DNA of 63,835 nt, counting the filler. It is 7 parts of 7 records of this genome, joined end to end, with 100 filler letters (N's around TTAATTAATTAA, not from the genome) between each part and the next. Parts side by side here need not be neighbours in the genome. Positions count along the whole stretch, not along the records: positions 1 to 6,691 come from SRR20825019_788; positions 6,792 to 14,205 come from SRR20825019_792; 5 more parts are not named here. One strand, written 5' to 3'. Each line of letters opens with the position of its first letter. Position 1 is the first letter of the stretch. The position numbers and the translations under genes were made by a program. Shown in pieces: positions 1 through 10,475 of this stretch. The notes beneath the pieces are model-generated. The model did no database searches, was not told the DNA's origin, and was given only the letters and a program-made list of their open reading frames with translations.

Positions 1-492
1 GTCGGTTTCCAGACGAAACTGAAATACGGTGCGCAGGCCGACGTCTTCCGCATGATCCCGGGGCTTGAAAATGCCGAATTCGCCCGTCTAGGCGGTATTC
101 ATCGCAACACCTTCCTGAATTCCCCACGTCTTCTGGATGCCACGCTTCGTCTGAAAGCCCGGACCGATATCCGATTTGCCGGGCAGATCACCGGCTGTGA
201 GGGATATGTGGAAAGTGCCGCTGTAGGCCTGATGGTTGGGCGTTTTGCTGCGGCTGAAAAGCAAGGCAAAACAATCCCGACACCGCCGCTTGCAACCGCC
301 ATGGGAGCCCTTTTAAACCACATCACTGGCGGCGCTGACGAAAGCACCTTCCAGCCGATGAATGTCAATTTCGGGCTTTTCCCGGAACTTGACCTGACCA
401 AACGGGTAAAAGGCCGCGACCGCAAGAAGCTTTATAGCGACCGCGCTATTCCCTTGTTTGACACATGGCTTTCAGACATCAACGCCGCATGA
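1..492 (+). CDS. trmFO: tRNA (uracil-5-)-methyltransferase TrmFO/Gid, 5'-truncated
   Basis: Frame open from base 1 ([58 protein letters not shown] motifs). Confidence 0.95.
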   Translation, partial: VGFQTKLKYGAQADVFRMIPGLENAEFARLGGIHRNTFLNSPRLLDATLRLKARTDIRFAGQITGCEGYVESAAVGLMVGRFAAAEKQGKTIPTPPLATAMGALLNHITGGADESTFQPMNVNFGLFPELDLTKRVKGRDRKKLYSDRAIPLFDTWLSDINAA

Positions 493-495
493 AAC

Positions 496-524
496 AAAGG
501 CCGCATCATCCGATGTGGCCTTTT
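496..524. terminator. Bidirectional intrinsic terminator
   Basis: AAAGGCCGCATC-ATCC-GATGTGGCCTTTT hairpin between convergent stops at 492 and 530. Confidence 0.75.
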
Positions 525-529
525 AAATT

Positions 530-1096
530 TCAATATTTGTTTTGGCGTTTGAGCTTTCCGGTGACATCGCGGATAGGTTCGCCATTTCGGAACCGTTTGA
601 ACACGAGATCCATATTGCCATCTGCATCCAGGCTGCGTTCATAGACCTGCATTTCGTAACCACCGTCATCCGTGATGTAAAGCGCATGAACGGTCAGGGT
701 TTTTCCGACGATACGCGCCCAGACAAACGGTTCACCCTGTAACGGGTCATTGGGAACACGTTTGCCAAACAGGCCTGTGCGCATCGCACTTCCATAAATG
801 TCGGGCCGATCCGTGGCATAGAACTCGATACTCAGCGATACGTTTTTTTCGCGACCATCAGCCTTGTGAATTACCGTTGACCAATCAATGGTAAAGCCAC
901 GACCGGTTTCCGTGATCTTCACGTCAAGATCGCGCGCTTTAAGTTCTTCCTCGGCGTTATAGATCGATGTCCCGTGATACTCGCCAACAAACGTGCCGAT
1001 ATTTCCCGCATGACAAGGCGCTGGCACAACAAGCCACATGATCAAAAGCATGCCAAACAGCCCCAAAGCTTTGATCGGCGCATGCAAATTCATCAT
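530..1096 (-). CDS. Secreted beta-rich hypothetical protein
   Basis: ATG 1096 preceded by GAGG; signal peptide ending PAPCHA; alternating beta-strand pattern. Confidence 0.7.
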   Translation of the reverse strand: MMNLHAPIKALGLFGMLLIMWLVVPAPCHAGNIGTFVGEYHGTSIYNAEEELKARDLDVKITETGRGFTIDWSTVIHKADGREKNVSLSIEFYATDRPDIYGSAMRTGLFGKRVPNDPLQGEPFVWARIVGKTLTVHALYITDDGGYEMQVYERSLDADGNMDLVFKRFRNGEPIRDVTGKLKRQNKY

Positions 1097-1238
1097 GTTG
1101 GACCTCGTTATGTTCATTTCGTCCGCCCCGTTTGCCATCAGGCCACCAGCGTCAAATAACGCTACCACAAGACTTTACGAAAATATTGTATCCATTACAT
1201 CTATTTAGATGAGGTTTCGCCAATATCCAGCGTAGTGC

Positions 1239-2084
1239 TCAGTATCGATTTAAAAATGCCTTTACCGTCAGCCGGAAACTGGCCGGGCGGGCAAGACCAA
1301 ACTCGGCACTGAATGGATCAAAACCGGCCTTTTCAAGCTTGCGTAAATATCCATCAGCCAGAACCACAGGCAATGCCGCGGCCAATGCATTTGACGGCAG
1401 ATATTTACGATACTTTCTGGCTTCCCTGATCCGGTTTTGCGCCAGTTCGGCGATCTCGCGCGTCAGTGCTTTGACTGTGTCTGTTTTGCGGAATTCAAAA
1501 ATGTCGCCCTGCCCGACCCCATAATGTTCCATCCGATCATGAGGCAGGTAAAGCCGTTTTGCCCGGCCATGGAAAACCATCGCGCGCAGAATTCCCACCA
1601 AACCATATGCATTACCGGCCAGTCGGGCGACGTGTCTGGCATCAGCATCATCCACACCAAGCAGTTCGGTCGCCATCACCGCCAGATGCCCGGACGTCTG
1701 ATCGATATAGTGATCGAGTTCAGCCTGATTTGCCGGCGCCTTATCGGCAAGGTCAAATTCACGCGCAGCTATCAGGTTTTCCAGATCACGCGCATCAAGC
1801 CGCCCGGACTGGATCACGACCGAGAGAGGTTCAACAACTTCATGCTTGCGGATTTTACCCTGCTCAATCTCAGCAAGGGTGTCACGCCACCATTGCAACC
1901 GGATATGGCCCAGCATAGTGTCGCTAACCATTTCGCGCGTTTTCGATACTTCCTGATTAAAGGCATAAAGCGTGAAAAGGCTTTCACGTTTGTCCGGACT
2001 TGCGAAAAGCGAACATAAAAACCGGTCCTTGTCATTTCGACGCACGTAATCGGCACAATAGGAAAGTTTTGGCGTGTCAGTCAT
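1239..2084 (-). CDS. Phytoene/squalene synthase-family protein, NDUFAF6-like
   Basis: D.DRFLCSLFA, LYAFNQEV, IRLQWWRD, RLYLP motifs; canonical DDxxD motifs absent. Confidence 0.85.
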   Translation of the reverse strand: MTDTPKLSYCADYVRRNDKDRFLCSLFASPDKRESLFTLYAFNQEVSKTREMVSDTMLGHIRLQWWRDTLAEIEQGKIRKHEVVEPLSVVIQSGRLDARDLENLIAAREFDLADKAPANQAELDHYIDQTSGHLAVMATELLGVDDADARHVARLAGNAYGLVGILRAMVFHGRAKRLYLPHDRMEHYGVGQGDIFEFRKTDTVKALTREIAELAQNRIREARKYRKYLPSNALAAALPVVLADGYLRKLEKAGFDPFSAEFGLARPASFRLTVKAFLNRY

Positions 2085-2090
2085 CGCACG

Positions 2091-3269
2091 TTATCCGATC
2101 TTGCGCGATGTTTCAGCGCGATCATCATTGGTGTTATCGGTCATTTTTTCCGGCAGGGTTTCGACATAAAGCGACTGCGACGGGAAGGCAAACGCCGCAT
2201 CGTTATCCTCGACAATACGTTTGAATGCAATGATATGCCGGTTGCGGATATCGCGCCATGTCACCCAATCGGTAGTGGTCGTAAAGTAATACAGATCGAT
2301 GTTGATCGAACTTGCCCCGAAATCAGACAAATGCACCATCTGCGCCACATCGGTTTGCGCGACATCATCATCGTTTTTCAGGAAGGATCGGATATCGTCG
2401 ACGATCTTTTCAATCTGATCGGCTGTGGTGCGATATTCGACCCCAATCACCATCTTGATGCGGCGATGGGTCATGCGGGACCAGTTGATTACCGGGGAAT
2501 CGACGATTTGCGCATTGGGCATCGTCACCAAGGCCTTGGCAAACGTTCGAACCTTGGTCGCGCGAAGGCCGACGACCTCGACCGTTCCTTCAAACTGCGG
2601 TGTTTCGATCCAGTCGCCCCGCTTGTAAAGGTTATCTGCCAGAATGGTCAGGCCGCCGAAAACATTGGCGACAGAATCCTTTGCGGCCAATGCCACGGCC
2701 ATACCGGCAAGACCAAGACCGCCCAGAAATGCAGAAACATCAAGGCCCCAGTTTTCCAACAGAACGACAACGCCGATCACAACAATCAGCGTCTTGACAG
2801 CCCGAATAAAGAACTGTCGCAAATCATCACCAAGACCGCCCCCAAAACGCCATGCCAGATTGTTAAATGACATTGCCAGCGGTTCAATCGACCTGAATAG
2901 CGCCCAGAAGACCGAGAAGGTCGCAAAAATGCCGATCAGCTCAAAAAGAACGGCGTCAAAGTTTTCCGGAAGATCAAGGATCTCGATCGCAAAATACACG
3001 CCCCCCAGAATCACCAGAAGCTGAATCGGCGCCTCGAAGGCGTCCAGAACATGGGCGGCTGTACTATGTTTGTGCTGATGCGCCAGCTTGCGCAGGCTAC
3101 CAATGACACCAAGTGCCAGAACACGTTTCAGGACGAACACAAACAGCAGGACCGCCCCTGCGACGACATATTTGCCGATTTCTCCGCCGCCCAGCATCTC
3201 GACCCAATTGGTCATCTGATCGATGACTTCGCTATTCAGGCTATCAATTTCGGATGTAATTTCGTCCAT
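2091..3269 (-). CDS. mscS: Small-conductance mechanosensitive channel
   Basis: TM helices, GLGLAGMAVALAAKDSVANVFGG, GDWI..EGTVEVVGLRATKVRT, FAFPSQSLY. Confidence 0.9.
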   Translation of the reverse strand: MDEITSEIDSLNSEVIDQMTNWVEMLGGGEIGKYVVAGAVLLFVFVLKRVLALGVIGSLRKLAHQHKHSTAAHVLDAFEAPIQLLVILGGVYFAIEILDLPENFDAVLFELIGIFATFSVFWALFRSIEPLAMSFNNLAWRFGGGLGDDLRQFFIRAVKTLIVVIGVVVLLENWGLDVSAFLGGLGLAGMAVALAAKDSVANVFGGLTILADNLYKRGDWIETPQFEGTVEVVGLRATKVRTFAKALVTMPNAQIVDSPVINWSRMTHRRIKMVIGVEYRTTADQIEKIVDDIRSFLKNDDDVAQTDVAQMVHLSDFGASSINIDLYYFTTTTDWVTWRDIRNRHIIAFKRIVEDNDAAFAFPSQSLYVETLPEKMTDNTNDDRAETSRKIG

Positions 3270-3380
3270 GACTTCACATGTAATCTGCTGTTAAGGTTTT
3301 AAATCAAACAATGACTTAACGGTTACCGCTACGGATTGTTTCTTGCGGCCCCTGTATAACAACTAAAACAGGACAGGCAT

Positions 3381-4739
3381 ATGGCATCCTTTGCTGCACC
3401 AAGACTTCATGTCATTGGCGCCGGACTTGCTGGCTCAGCACTTGCAACTCAAATGGCGCAGGATGGTGTATCCGTAACGTTGTACGATTCCGGCGAACCT
3501 TTCGCCAGCCGCTGGACACGCGGCATGAAAACTTCCCCCAAAAACCACAAGGTTGCCGAACCCGAAATTTTCTATGATCCCGAGGATCTGGTTCGGCATT
3601 TTTTCTCGCAATGGCCGGAAATTCCGCGAAAACTGATCCGACCGGCACATGCGGTTATCGGCCTTAAACACCCCGGACGAAGCCCCGCCATCATTGATCT
3701 TGATCACGGTATTGCCGCGGCTTTGATTGCACGTCGCCCGACAATTTTCGCACGGCTGTTTACGGCATGGAATTTATGGTTCTCCCGTTACGCCAGTGAA
3801 GACCGGCGTGTCAGTCAACGAATGCGGGTCGCTGCTGATTTGGGTGAAGATATGGAAACACCGACAGCAACCTATCATCAGGGTGCACTTGCGACACTGG
3901 CCGAGGTACTGTTTTCAATGCCAGCCCACAATTGCTCGGCCGCTTTGCTGGGGCGCGTTTTAATGCCGACATTGCGTGAAATACGCCGCCATAATGCAAG
4001 CCACGCCTTCGCGGCGATTGACCCTATCATCCTAAACGATATCGCGCTGCCCACTATGCGCGATCATTTTATCGCAGCTGGCGGCGACATCATAAGCGGT
4101 ATGGAACTTGGTGATATCGACAGTACGACGGATTTCGCCACCGACCTGTTTTTCGGCGATGATCAGATCGAGGTGCGCCCGCAAGATGCCGTGGTGCTTG
4201 CACTTCATCCAAGGCCACTTTGCGATGCGGTACCTGATATCGGCATTCCGCCAGCCCCGGCGCATCGACGAACTTTTGTGTTTCAGGCCAGCAAAAGCTT
4301 TGCCGAACCATGCTGTGTCCTAGCCGATGATGATCTGGTACGTGCGATTTATTGCAACCGTCGTCACATACAGGTCAGCATGAACAGCAGTCTGATTCTG
4401 CCAAGCGACGGCACAGCGGTTCAGTTGGCCGCAACGATCTGGCAGCGCGTCACAGAGCTTTGCGATCAGCATTTGAATCTTGATCTGTCGGAAAGGACAA
4501 AAATTGAAACCGGCGATGAGCATCCGGCTTTCAGTTATGTTGACTGTGAAGCCCCTTTTCCGGAACTCAGTCCGGGGGTTGCAGCACTTCGCCACCGGAT
4601 TACGCCACCTTGGCGGAACCTGTTTTTATGCGGGGATGCCTTTCCGCCGGATTATCCGCCCGGACCGGCAGCGGTTATCGCAAGTGTGATGAAGGTCCGT
4701 GCGCAGTTGCATGAATATCTGAAACTGCGCGACTTATAA
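3381..4739 (+). CDS. FAD-dependent oxidoreductase, divergent HpnE/amine-oxidase-like
   Basis: N-terminal VIGAGLAG Rossmann motif; C-terminal WRNLFLCGD resembles the HpnE/desaturase tail. Confidence 0.6.
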   Translation: MASFAAPRLHVIGAGLAGSALATQMAQDGVSVTLYDSGEPFASRWTRGMKTSPKNHKVAEPEIFYDPEDLVRHFFSQWPEIPRKLIRPAHAVIGLKHPGRSPAIIDLDHGIAAALIARRPTIFARLFTAWNLWFSRYASEDRRVSQRMRVAADLGEDMETPTATYHQGALATLAEVLFSMPAHNCSAALLGRVLMPTLREIRRHNASHAFAAIDPIILNDIALPTMRDHFIAAGGDIISGMELGDIDSTTDFATDLFFGDDQIEVRPQDAVVLALHPRPLCDAVPDIGIPPAPAHRRTFVFQASKSFAEPCCVLADDDLVRAIYCNRRHIQVSMNSSLILPSDGTAVQLAATIWQRVTELCDQHLNLDLSERTKIETGDEHPAFSYVDCEAPFPELSPGVAALRHRITPPWRNLFLCGDAFPPDYPPGPAAVIASVMKVRAQLHEYLKLRDL

Positions 4740-4745
4740 CACGGG

Positions 4746-5126
4746 TCAAACCGAAATCAGGGCTGCGGCAACCCGACGGGCTTCCGATACCAGAACATTA
4801 TAGGTGCGACACGCAGCACCGGTATCCATCGGCTCGACGACAATGCCATGTTTGCGAAGTGCAATGCGCCATTCAGCAGGCAATGGTTTCATGCCACTTC
4901 CCATTCCCAGCAGCAGGATATCGATCTCGTCGGATGCTTCAATCACCCGACCAAAGGCATCGACATCAACCTGATCAATATTCTCATACGGCCAGGAATA
5001 GACATTCTTGGGAAACAGTAAAACCGAACCAGTGACAACTTCTTCGCCAAAACGAAACAGGCCATCCCCATAGCTGGTAACGATCTTTCGGCCTTCTGCG
5101 ATCAGCGGACTTACTTCCAAAGACAT
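4746..5126 (-). CDS. Mth938-like/NDUFAF3 family protein
   Basis: YGDGLFRF, ILLLGMG, EPMDTGAACRTYNVLVSEARRVAAAL; ATG 5126 with GAGGG RBS. Confidence 0.92.
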   Translation of the reverse strand: MSLEVSPLIAEGRKIVTSYGDGLFRFGEEVVTGSVLLFPKNVYSWPYENIDQVDVDAFGRVIEASDEIDILLLGMGSGMKPLPAEWRIALRKHGIVVEPMDTGAACRTYNVLVSEARRVAAALISV

Positions 5127-5176
5127 ATCATTCCCTCTTGACGCAACCTTGAAAAGTTCTTCCGGCGTTGTCGGCC

Positions 5177-6076
5177 TCAAAGCGCAGCTGCAGGTGCCTT
5201 TGCTTTTTTCCCGCGCCACAAAATAAACAACCCGGAAACAACAACGATACTACACCCGATCAACATGGGCATGTCGAGTTCCTCACCAAACAGGAACACG
5301 CCCAAGGCAATACCGAACAACAACCGAGTATACCTGAACGGTGTAACCGACGAAACATCACCGCTGCGCATCGCTTTCATCAGGGCGGCATAAGCAGAAA
5401 TCCCCATCAGGACCGCACCGGAAAAATAGAAAAGGCTATGGCCGTCGGGTAGCGTAAATGCTTTGCCTTCCCAAACCGAAAACACGATACCGGCAATAAT
5501 AATGGCAATAAAACCATAGAATCCCAGAATAGACGTCCCCAACGATATCGGGGCTGCCCGGCTGGCTAGATCACGACCGGCAAAACCGATTGTTCCGATC
5601 ACCGCCAGCAACGACAGGGCTGAAAAGCCATCGGCGCTCGGACGAAGAATGATCAAAACACCGATCAGACCAACAAAAATTGCCAACCATCTGCGCCATC
5701 CCACTTTTTCACCAAAAATGAGCGCCGCGCCAAGAACCACAATAAGCGGCGTTGCCTGTAAAATGGCCGTGGTCGAAGACAAAGGTGTTAAAGCAAGCGC
5801 AAGCACATAAAACAGTCGCCCGATAACCTCGAACACGATCCTTACACACATAGGACGCGACAGAACCGCCGGGTCAAGCAGTCGTTTATTCTGGGCTTTG
5901 GCAATCGCGGCAAATAAAACCGCCCCTCCGACACCAAACAGGATCAAAACCTGTCCCACTGGATGCGTCGCCGAAACGGCCTTCACAAATGCGTCTTCAA
6001 CGGCGAATGCTGCCATTGCCGCCATCATCCACAGACTACCGAGCAAGTTTGCCCGATGACCATCTCTTGCGTCCAT
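5177..6076 (-). CDS. DMT/EamA-family transporter
   Basis: About 10 TM helices; FGEKVGWRRW, GVLIILRPS, PFRYTRL; start taken at ATG 6076. Confidence 0.88.
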   Translation of the reverse strand: MDARDGHRANLLGSLWMMAAMAAFAVEDAFVKAVSATHPVGQVLILFGVGGAVLFAAIAKAQNKRLLDPAVLSRPMCVRIVFEVIGRLFYVLALALTPLSSTTAILQATPLIVVLGAALIFGEKVGWRRWLAIFVGLIGVLIILRPSADGFSALSLLAVIGTIGFAGRDLASRAAPISLGTSILGFYGFIAIIIAGIVFSVWEGKAFTLPDGHSLFYFSGAVLMGISAYAALMKAMRSGDVSSVTPFRYTRLLFGIALGVFLFGEELDMPMLIGCSIVVVSGLFILWRGKKAKAPAAAL

Positions 6077-6157
6077 ATTAAGCGCCACAGGCAAGAACCA
6101 GTTTTGAAAATGGTTTAAATCAGCTCGCAAAGGTCATACGCCACTGCGCTCTAAAGG

Positions 6158-6194
6158 AAAAGGCCGGGTTGTTTTCGCACAAACCCGGCCTTTC
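6158..6194 (-). terminator. Intrinsic terminator after secF
   Basis: AAAGGCCGGGTT..AACCCGGCCTTT inverted repeat with T-run on the minus strand. Confidence 0.75.
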
Positions 6195-6222
6195 TGTAAA
6201 TCCATGTCTTGCGGCTGAGGAA

Positions 6223-6691
6223 TCAGGCACCGGCCTTCTGGGTCTCTTCGCCTTCGGGAATCTTGCGGTTAAGCCGCAGAACCATCAGCAACGGAGACGC
6301 CACACAGATTGACGAATAAGTCCCTATGACAATGCCGAAAATCAGCGCCATCGTGAAACCACGGATCGCTTCACCACCAAATACGAACAACGCAATCAGC
6401 GCCAGTAATGTGGTAAATGATGTCATGGTCGTACGTGACAGGGTAGAATTGATCGACAGATCAAGAAGATCGGGTATTTCCATCTTGCGGAATTTGCGCA
6501 GATATTCGCGAATACGGTCAAATACAACCACCGTATCGTTGATCGAATAACCGGCAACGGTCAGAACCGCTGCCAGCGTCGCCAGATCGAACTGAACACC
6601 GGTGATCACAAAGAAACCGATGGTAATCAGAACATCATGCAGAAGTGCCACAACCGATGCCACGGCAAACTGCCATTCGAACCGGAACCAG
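6223..6691 (-). CDS. secF: Protein translocase SecF, 5'-truncated
   Basis: WFRFEWQF, ALLHDV, GYSINDTVVVFDRIRE, TLSRT, GTYSSI. Confidence 0.96.
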
Positions 6692-6791
6692 NNNNNNNNN
6701 NNNNNNNNNNNNNNNNNNNNNNNNNNNNNNNNNNNTTAATTAATTAANNNNNNNNNNNNNNNNNNNNNNNNNNNNNNNNNNNNNNNNNNNN
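6692..6791. other. Artificial contig spacer (also at 14206-14305, 25278-25377, 32008-32107, 41151-41250, 48925-49024)
   Basis: Identical N44-TTAATTAATTAA-N44 blocks with stops in all frames; genes truncated and composition changes at the junctions. Confidence 0.98.
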
Positions 6792-7651
6792 CCGGCGATC
6801 ACGATCAGCATGGCGTTGCGGAACACGTGGCCATAAAGCACGCGGCGTTCCGACAACCCCTTGGCGCGGGCGGTCATGACATAGTGTTTCTTGATCTCGT
6901 CGAGAAAGCTGTTCTTGGTCAGCAGGGTCAGCGTTGCAAAGGCACCGATGGTGCTGGCCAGAACCGGCAACGTGATGTGCCAGGCGTAGTCCTTGACCTT
7001 GCCCCATGCGCTGAGCGTGTGAAAATCGTCCGACGTCAGGCCGCGCAGCGGGAATATCTGCCAATAGGACCCACCGGCAAACAGCACCAGCAGCAGGATC
7101 GCGAACAGGAAGCCGGGGATGGCATAGGCGGCAATGATGGCGCCCGACGTCCACGTGTCGAATTTAGACCCGTCCCTGACTGCCTTTCGGATGCCGAGCG
7201 GAATCGAGATCATATAGGCGATCAGCGTCGACCAAAGCCCCAGCGTGATCGACACGGGCAGCTTTTCGATGATCAGATCGACCACGCTGACCGATCTGAA
7301 ATAGCTCTCGCCGAAATCAAAGCGCATATAGTTCCAGATCATCCGCAAGAACCGCTCTGCAGGCGGCTTGTCAAAGCCGAACTCTTTCTCAAGCTCCTTG
7401 ATGAACTCGGGCGGCAGGCCGCGGGCGCCGATGTATTTGCTGTCCGACGCGGTGTTCAGCGCGTCCATGCCACCGGCGTCGTTGTTACCACCGGCAAACC
7501 CCTCGAACACATCACCGCCGCCCTGGGCGCGGGCGATGGCCTGTTCGACCGGACCGCCGGGCACAAATTGCGTCAGCACGAAGTTGACCAAAAGGATACC
7601 CAGCAGCGTCGGTATGACCAACGCCAGCCGTCTTAGAATATAGGCACCCAT
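6792..7651 (-). CDS. yejB: Peptide/microcin C ABC permease YejB, 3'-truncated
   Basis: [51 protein letters not shown] (EAA loop). Confidence 0.93.
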
Positions 7652-7654
7652 CTG

Positions 7655-9637
7655 CTACCTCAGCGCGCCCGACGCGCGCAGGGCGTCGGCTTTGTCCTGA
7701 TTGTACCACCAGAAATCCATGTACCCCAATTCAAAGGGCGGGATGACATCGGGGTGTTCGTACTGGTCGTAATAGGCAACCCAGTGGCTGGGATTGTACC
7801 AGACCGGGATCATGAAGAATTCGTAGCGCAGCGCACGGTCCAACGCCATCAAGGCGGTCTTTTCGTTGGCGCTGTCCGGTGCGTTCAGACCCGCATCGAT
7901 GATCGCATCGACCAACGGGCTGGACAGACCGGCGGGGTTGAACAGCGAGAAGGCCGATGATTCCGAACCATAGGCCTGATCCAGCCCGGTGTGGGCAATC
8001 AGGAATGTCAGGTACTGGTCATAGACCAGATCATAATCACGGTCCCGCTCGCGGTTGGTGTATTGCGACGGATCAACTTTTTCCAAGGTGATGTCGACGC
8101 CCAGCTTTTTCACGTTCGAGACATAGTTTTCCATCACCCCCGACAGCGTGCCAGACGCCGACGAGTTGAACAGGAAGTTGAGCTTCAAAGCCTCGCCTTT
8201 GGCATTGCGGCGAATACCATCGCTCCCCACGGCCCATCCTGCGTCGTCCAGCAGCTTCATCGCGGCGCGGGTGTTGCGCCGGTCCAGCAAACGCTCGGGG
8301 CTGGAGGTGTGGGGGACAAGCGCAGGCTCGGTCAACATCTCGGGCGGGACCAGATCGCCAAGACTTTTCAACAGTTCCAGCTCGGCCCCTTCGGGCACGC
8401 CGTTTGCCATCACGTCAGTGTCCTGAGTGTATGAGGCACGCTGTTCGAACAGGCCATACTGCAGGCTTTCGTTGGTCCATTCAAAGTTGAAGGCCAAAGC
8501 CAGTGCCTGACGCACGCGACGGTCCTTCAGCGGTTCTGACCCAAGGTTGAACACGATACCCGTGGGTGTGGGAGGCGAGCCGTCTGGCAGATCCTCGACC
8601 TTGATCGCGCCGCTTTCCACCTTGGGGAAATCATAGCCGGTCGCCCATTTCTTGGAATCACTCTCGCGACGGAAGGTATAAACGCCAGCCTTGAAGGCCT
8701 CGAAGGACGCTGTGTCGTCACCGAAGTATTCTATGCGGATCTGATCAAAGTTGTTCCGGCCCACGTTGAACGGCAGATCATTGCCCCAATAGTCCGGGTT
8801 ACGTTTGTAGACGATACGGCGGTTCACATCGACGCTGTCTATGACATAGGGACCAGAACCGGGTGACACATCCATGCGGCCCTCGTTCAGGCCCGCGCCG
8901 GTCTTTTCGTACCACGCCTTTGACCATGCGGGCACCGCTCCGACCTGATCAATCAATGTGCGTCGCGAAATGCCGGGGGCGAAATAGAACTTGATGGTGT
9001 GATCGTCGATCACCTCGACCTTGGGGATACGCTTGCGGACCCCATCGGCATAGGATTTCAGCCCCTCGTCCAAGAGCAGGTTGTGCGAAAACTCGATGTC
9101 ATAGGCAGTGACCGGCGTGCCATCCGAGAACTTTGCCTCGGGGCGCATGTGAAAAATCACCCAGTTCTTGCCTTCGTCGTATTCCAGGCTTTCCGCCAGC
9201 AACCCGTAGGATTCGGCATAGACATCCGCAGGCACCGCAGCGCCGGTTGGCCCCTCGCCCAGCAGGCTTTCATACATCATCGACGAAAGCGCCCCGGCGC
9301 GTCCCTTGCGGGTGTAGGGGTTCATCGAATCAAAGGTGCCCACCACGCCCAGCGAGATTTCACCACCCTTGGGCGCATCCGGGTTCACATAGGAAAAATG
9401 TTTGTAATCCTCGGGATAGCTCAAGTCGCCGTAGAAAGAGTAACCATAGGTATCGATGATCTTTTCGTCCGTCGCGGCATTGGCATCCGTGGCCGCCGCA
9501 TCGTCGGCCCAGACAGGCAAGGCCAGCAGCAACGCCAACATCAATGCCAAACCTGCGGCCCAAACACTTTTGTCCGTCGTGGTGCGACAGGCCCTGGCGA
9601 TAGCGCGGGCCTTGGGGCTGCGGTGGCGTAACATCAT
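7655..9637 (-). CDS. yejA: ABC peptide-binding protein (SBP family 5), YejA-like
   Basis: HFSYVNPDAPKGG, GTFDSMNPY, YGLLAE, AKFSDGTPVTA; signal peptide; upstream of yejB. Confidence 0.9.
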   Translation of the reverse strand: MMLRHRSPKARAIARACRTTTDKSVWAAGLALMLALLLALPVWADDAAATDANAATDEKIIDTYGYSFYGDLSYPEDYKHFSYVNPDAPKGGEISLGVVGTFDSMNPYTRKGRAGALSSMMYESLLGEGPTGAAVPADVYAESYGLLAESLEYDEGKNWVIFHMRPEAKFSDGTPVTAYDIEFSHNLLLDEGLKSYADGVRKRIPKVEVIDDHTIKFYFAPGISRRTLIDQVGAVPAWSKAWYEKTGAGLNEGRMDVSPGSGPYVIDSVDVNRRIVYKRNPDYWGNDLPFNVGRNNFDQIRIEYFGDDTASFEAFKAGVYTFRRESDSKKWATGYDFPKVESGAIKVEDLPDGSPPTPTGIVFNLGSEPLKDRRVRQALALAFNFEWTNESLQYGLFEQRASYTQDTDVMANGVPEGAELELLKSLGDLVPPEMLTEPALVPHTSSPERLLDRRNTRAAMKLLDDAGWAVGSDGIRRNAKGEALKLNFLFNSSASGTLSGVMENYVSNVKKLGVDITLEKVDPSQYTNRERDRDYDLVYDQYLTFLIAHTGLDQAYGSESSAFSLFNPAGLSSPLVDAIIDAGLNAPDSANEKTALMALDRALRYEFFMIPVWYNPSHWVAYYDQYEHPDVIPPFELGYMDFWWYNQDKADALRASGALR

Positions 9638-9783
9638 GATACCTGTCCTCCTTGGTGGGGGTCGTTTTTGGCGTTGGTTTCAACGCAATATGGCACATCT
9701 ACGCTAAAGGGCCAGCCGCACCGGATACAAGTTGCGTTTCCGTGAACGGCGGTGAAACGTCAATTAAAAACCAGAGCGCACGA

Positions 9784-9815
9784 AAAAGGCCGCCTGCGGG
9801 ATGCAAGCGGCCTTT
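9784..9815 (-). terminator. Intrinsic terminator after cytochrome c gene
   Basis: AAAGGCCGC..GCGGCCTTT inverted repeat just downstream of the stop at 9840. Confidence 0.65.
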
Positions 9816-9839
9816 GACACTCTACAAATAACGGTTCGA

Positions 9840-10343
9840 TCAGTTCGAAACGCTTTGAATATAGGCGATCACGTCCGCACGATCCTGCGGCTTTTTCAGA
9901 CCGGCAAAGCCCATCGCTGTGCCCGAGATATAACCACGCGGGTTTTCGATGAAGTGGCTGATTTCCTCGGGTGTCCACACACCGCCGTGGCCTGCCATCG
10001 CTGCCGAGTAGCTGAAGCCCGGAACCGAACCGACATCACGACCGACAAGACCGTCAAGGTGCGGACCCGTGCCATTCGTGTCGTCAAGCTTGTGGCACGC
10101 CGAACATTTGCGGAAAACCTTGGCGCCGCTTTCGACGTCGGCATTGGCCATCAGCTCGTCAAAGTTCACCTCTTCGGCAGGGGCGGCATCGCCACCTGCG
10201 TCAGCCACTTCGATGACATAGGCCGCCTCGCCATGGCTTGCAGGGTGATACAGCCCTTCGGCTGCCCACTTGCCCAGCAGGAAAATAAGAAGCGCGCCAC
10301 ACAGCGCCCCGGCCACCTTTGTCGTCGTCATAGTGTCGAACAT
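9840..10343 (-). CDS. Membrane-anchored cytochrome c (CycM/c552/cy type)
   Basis: True start MFDTMTTTK at 10343; N-terminal TM helix, CSACH heme motif, GPHL, GTAMGFAGLKK. Confidence 0.92.
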   Translation of the reverse strand: MFDTMTTTKVAGALCGALLIFLLGKWAAEGLYHPASHGEAAYVIEVADAGGDAAPAEEVNFDELMANADVESGAKVFRKCSACHKLDDTNGTGPHLDGLVGRDVGSVPGFSYSAAMAGHGGVWTPEEISHFIENPRGYISGTAMGFAGLKKPQDRADVIAYIQSVSN

Positions 10344-10475
10344 TTGTCTCGCATCCACGTCTATGGGTTTGGCGCGGTTTCTACGGCTTCCCCTTGGCTG
10401 TGGCAAGGTGTAGTTACCGCGACCAATCGCCCTGCCCCCGCAAATCATCGCGGGGCCTACGACAAAGGACCAATC

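Noticed and set aside
1239-4739. Hopanoid/carotenoid biosynthesis cluster
   Set aside because: The synthase homolog lacks DDxxD and looks NDUFAF6-like; no hpnC/D, shc or crt genes on the contig
6736-6747. Recurring TTAATTAATTAA repeat
   Set aside because: Artificial all-frame-stop linker, not a biological repeat or CRISPR
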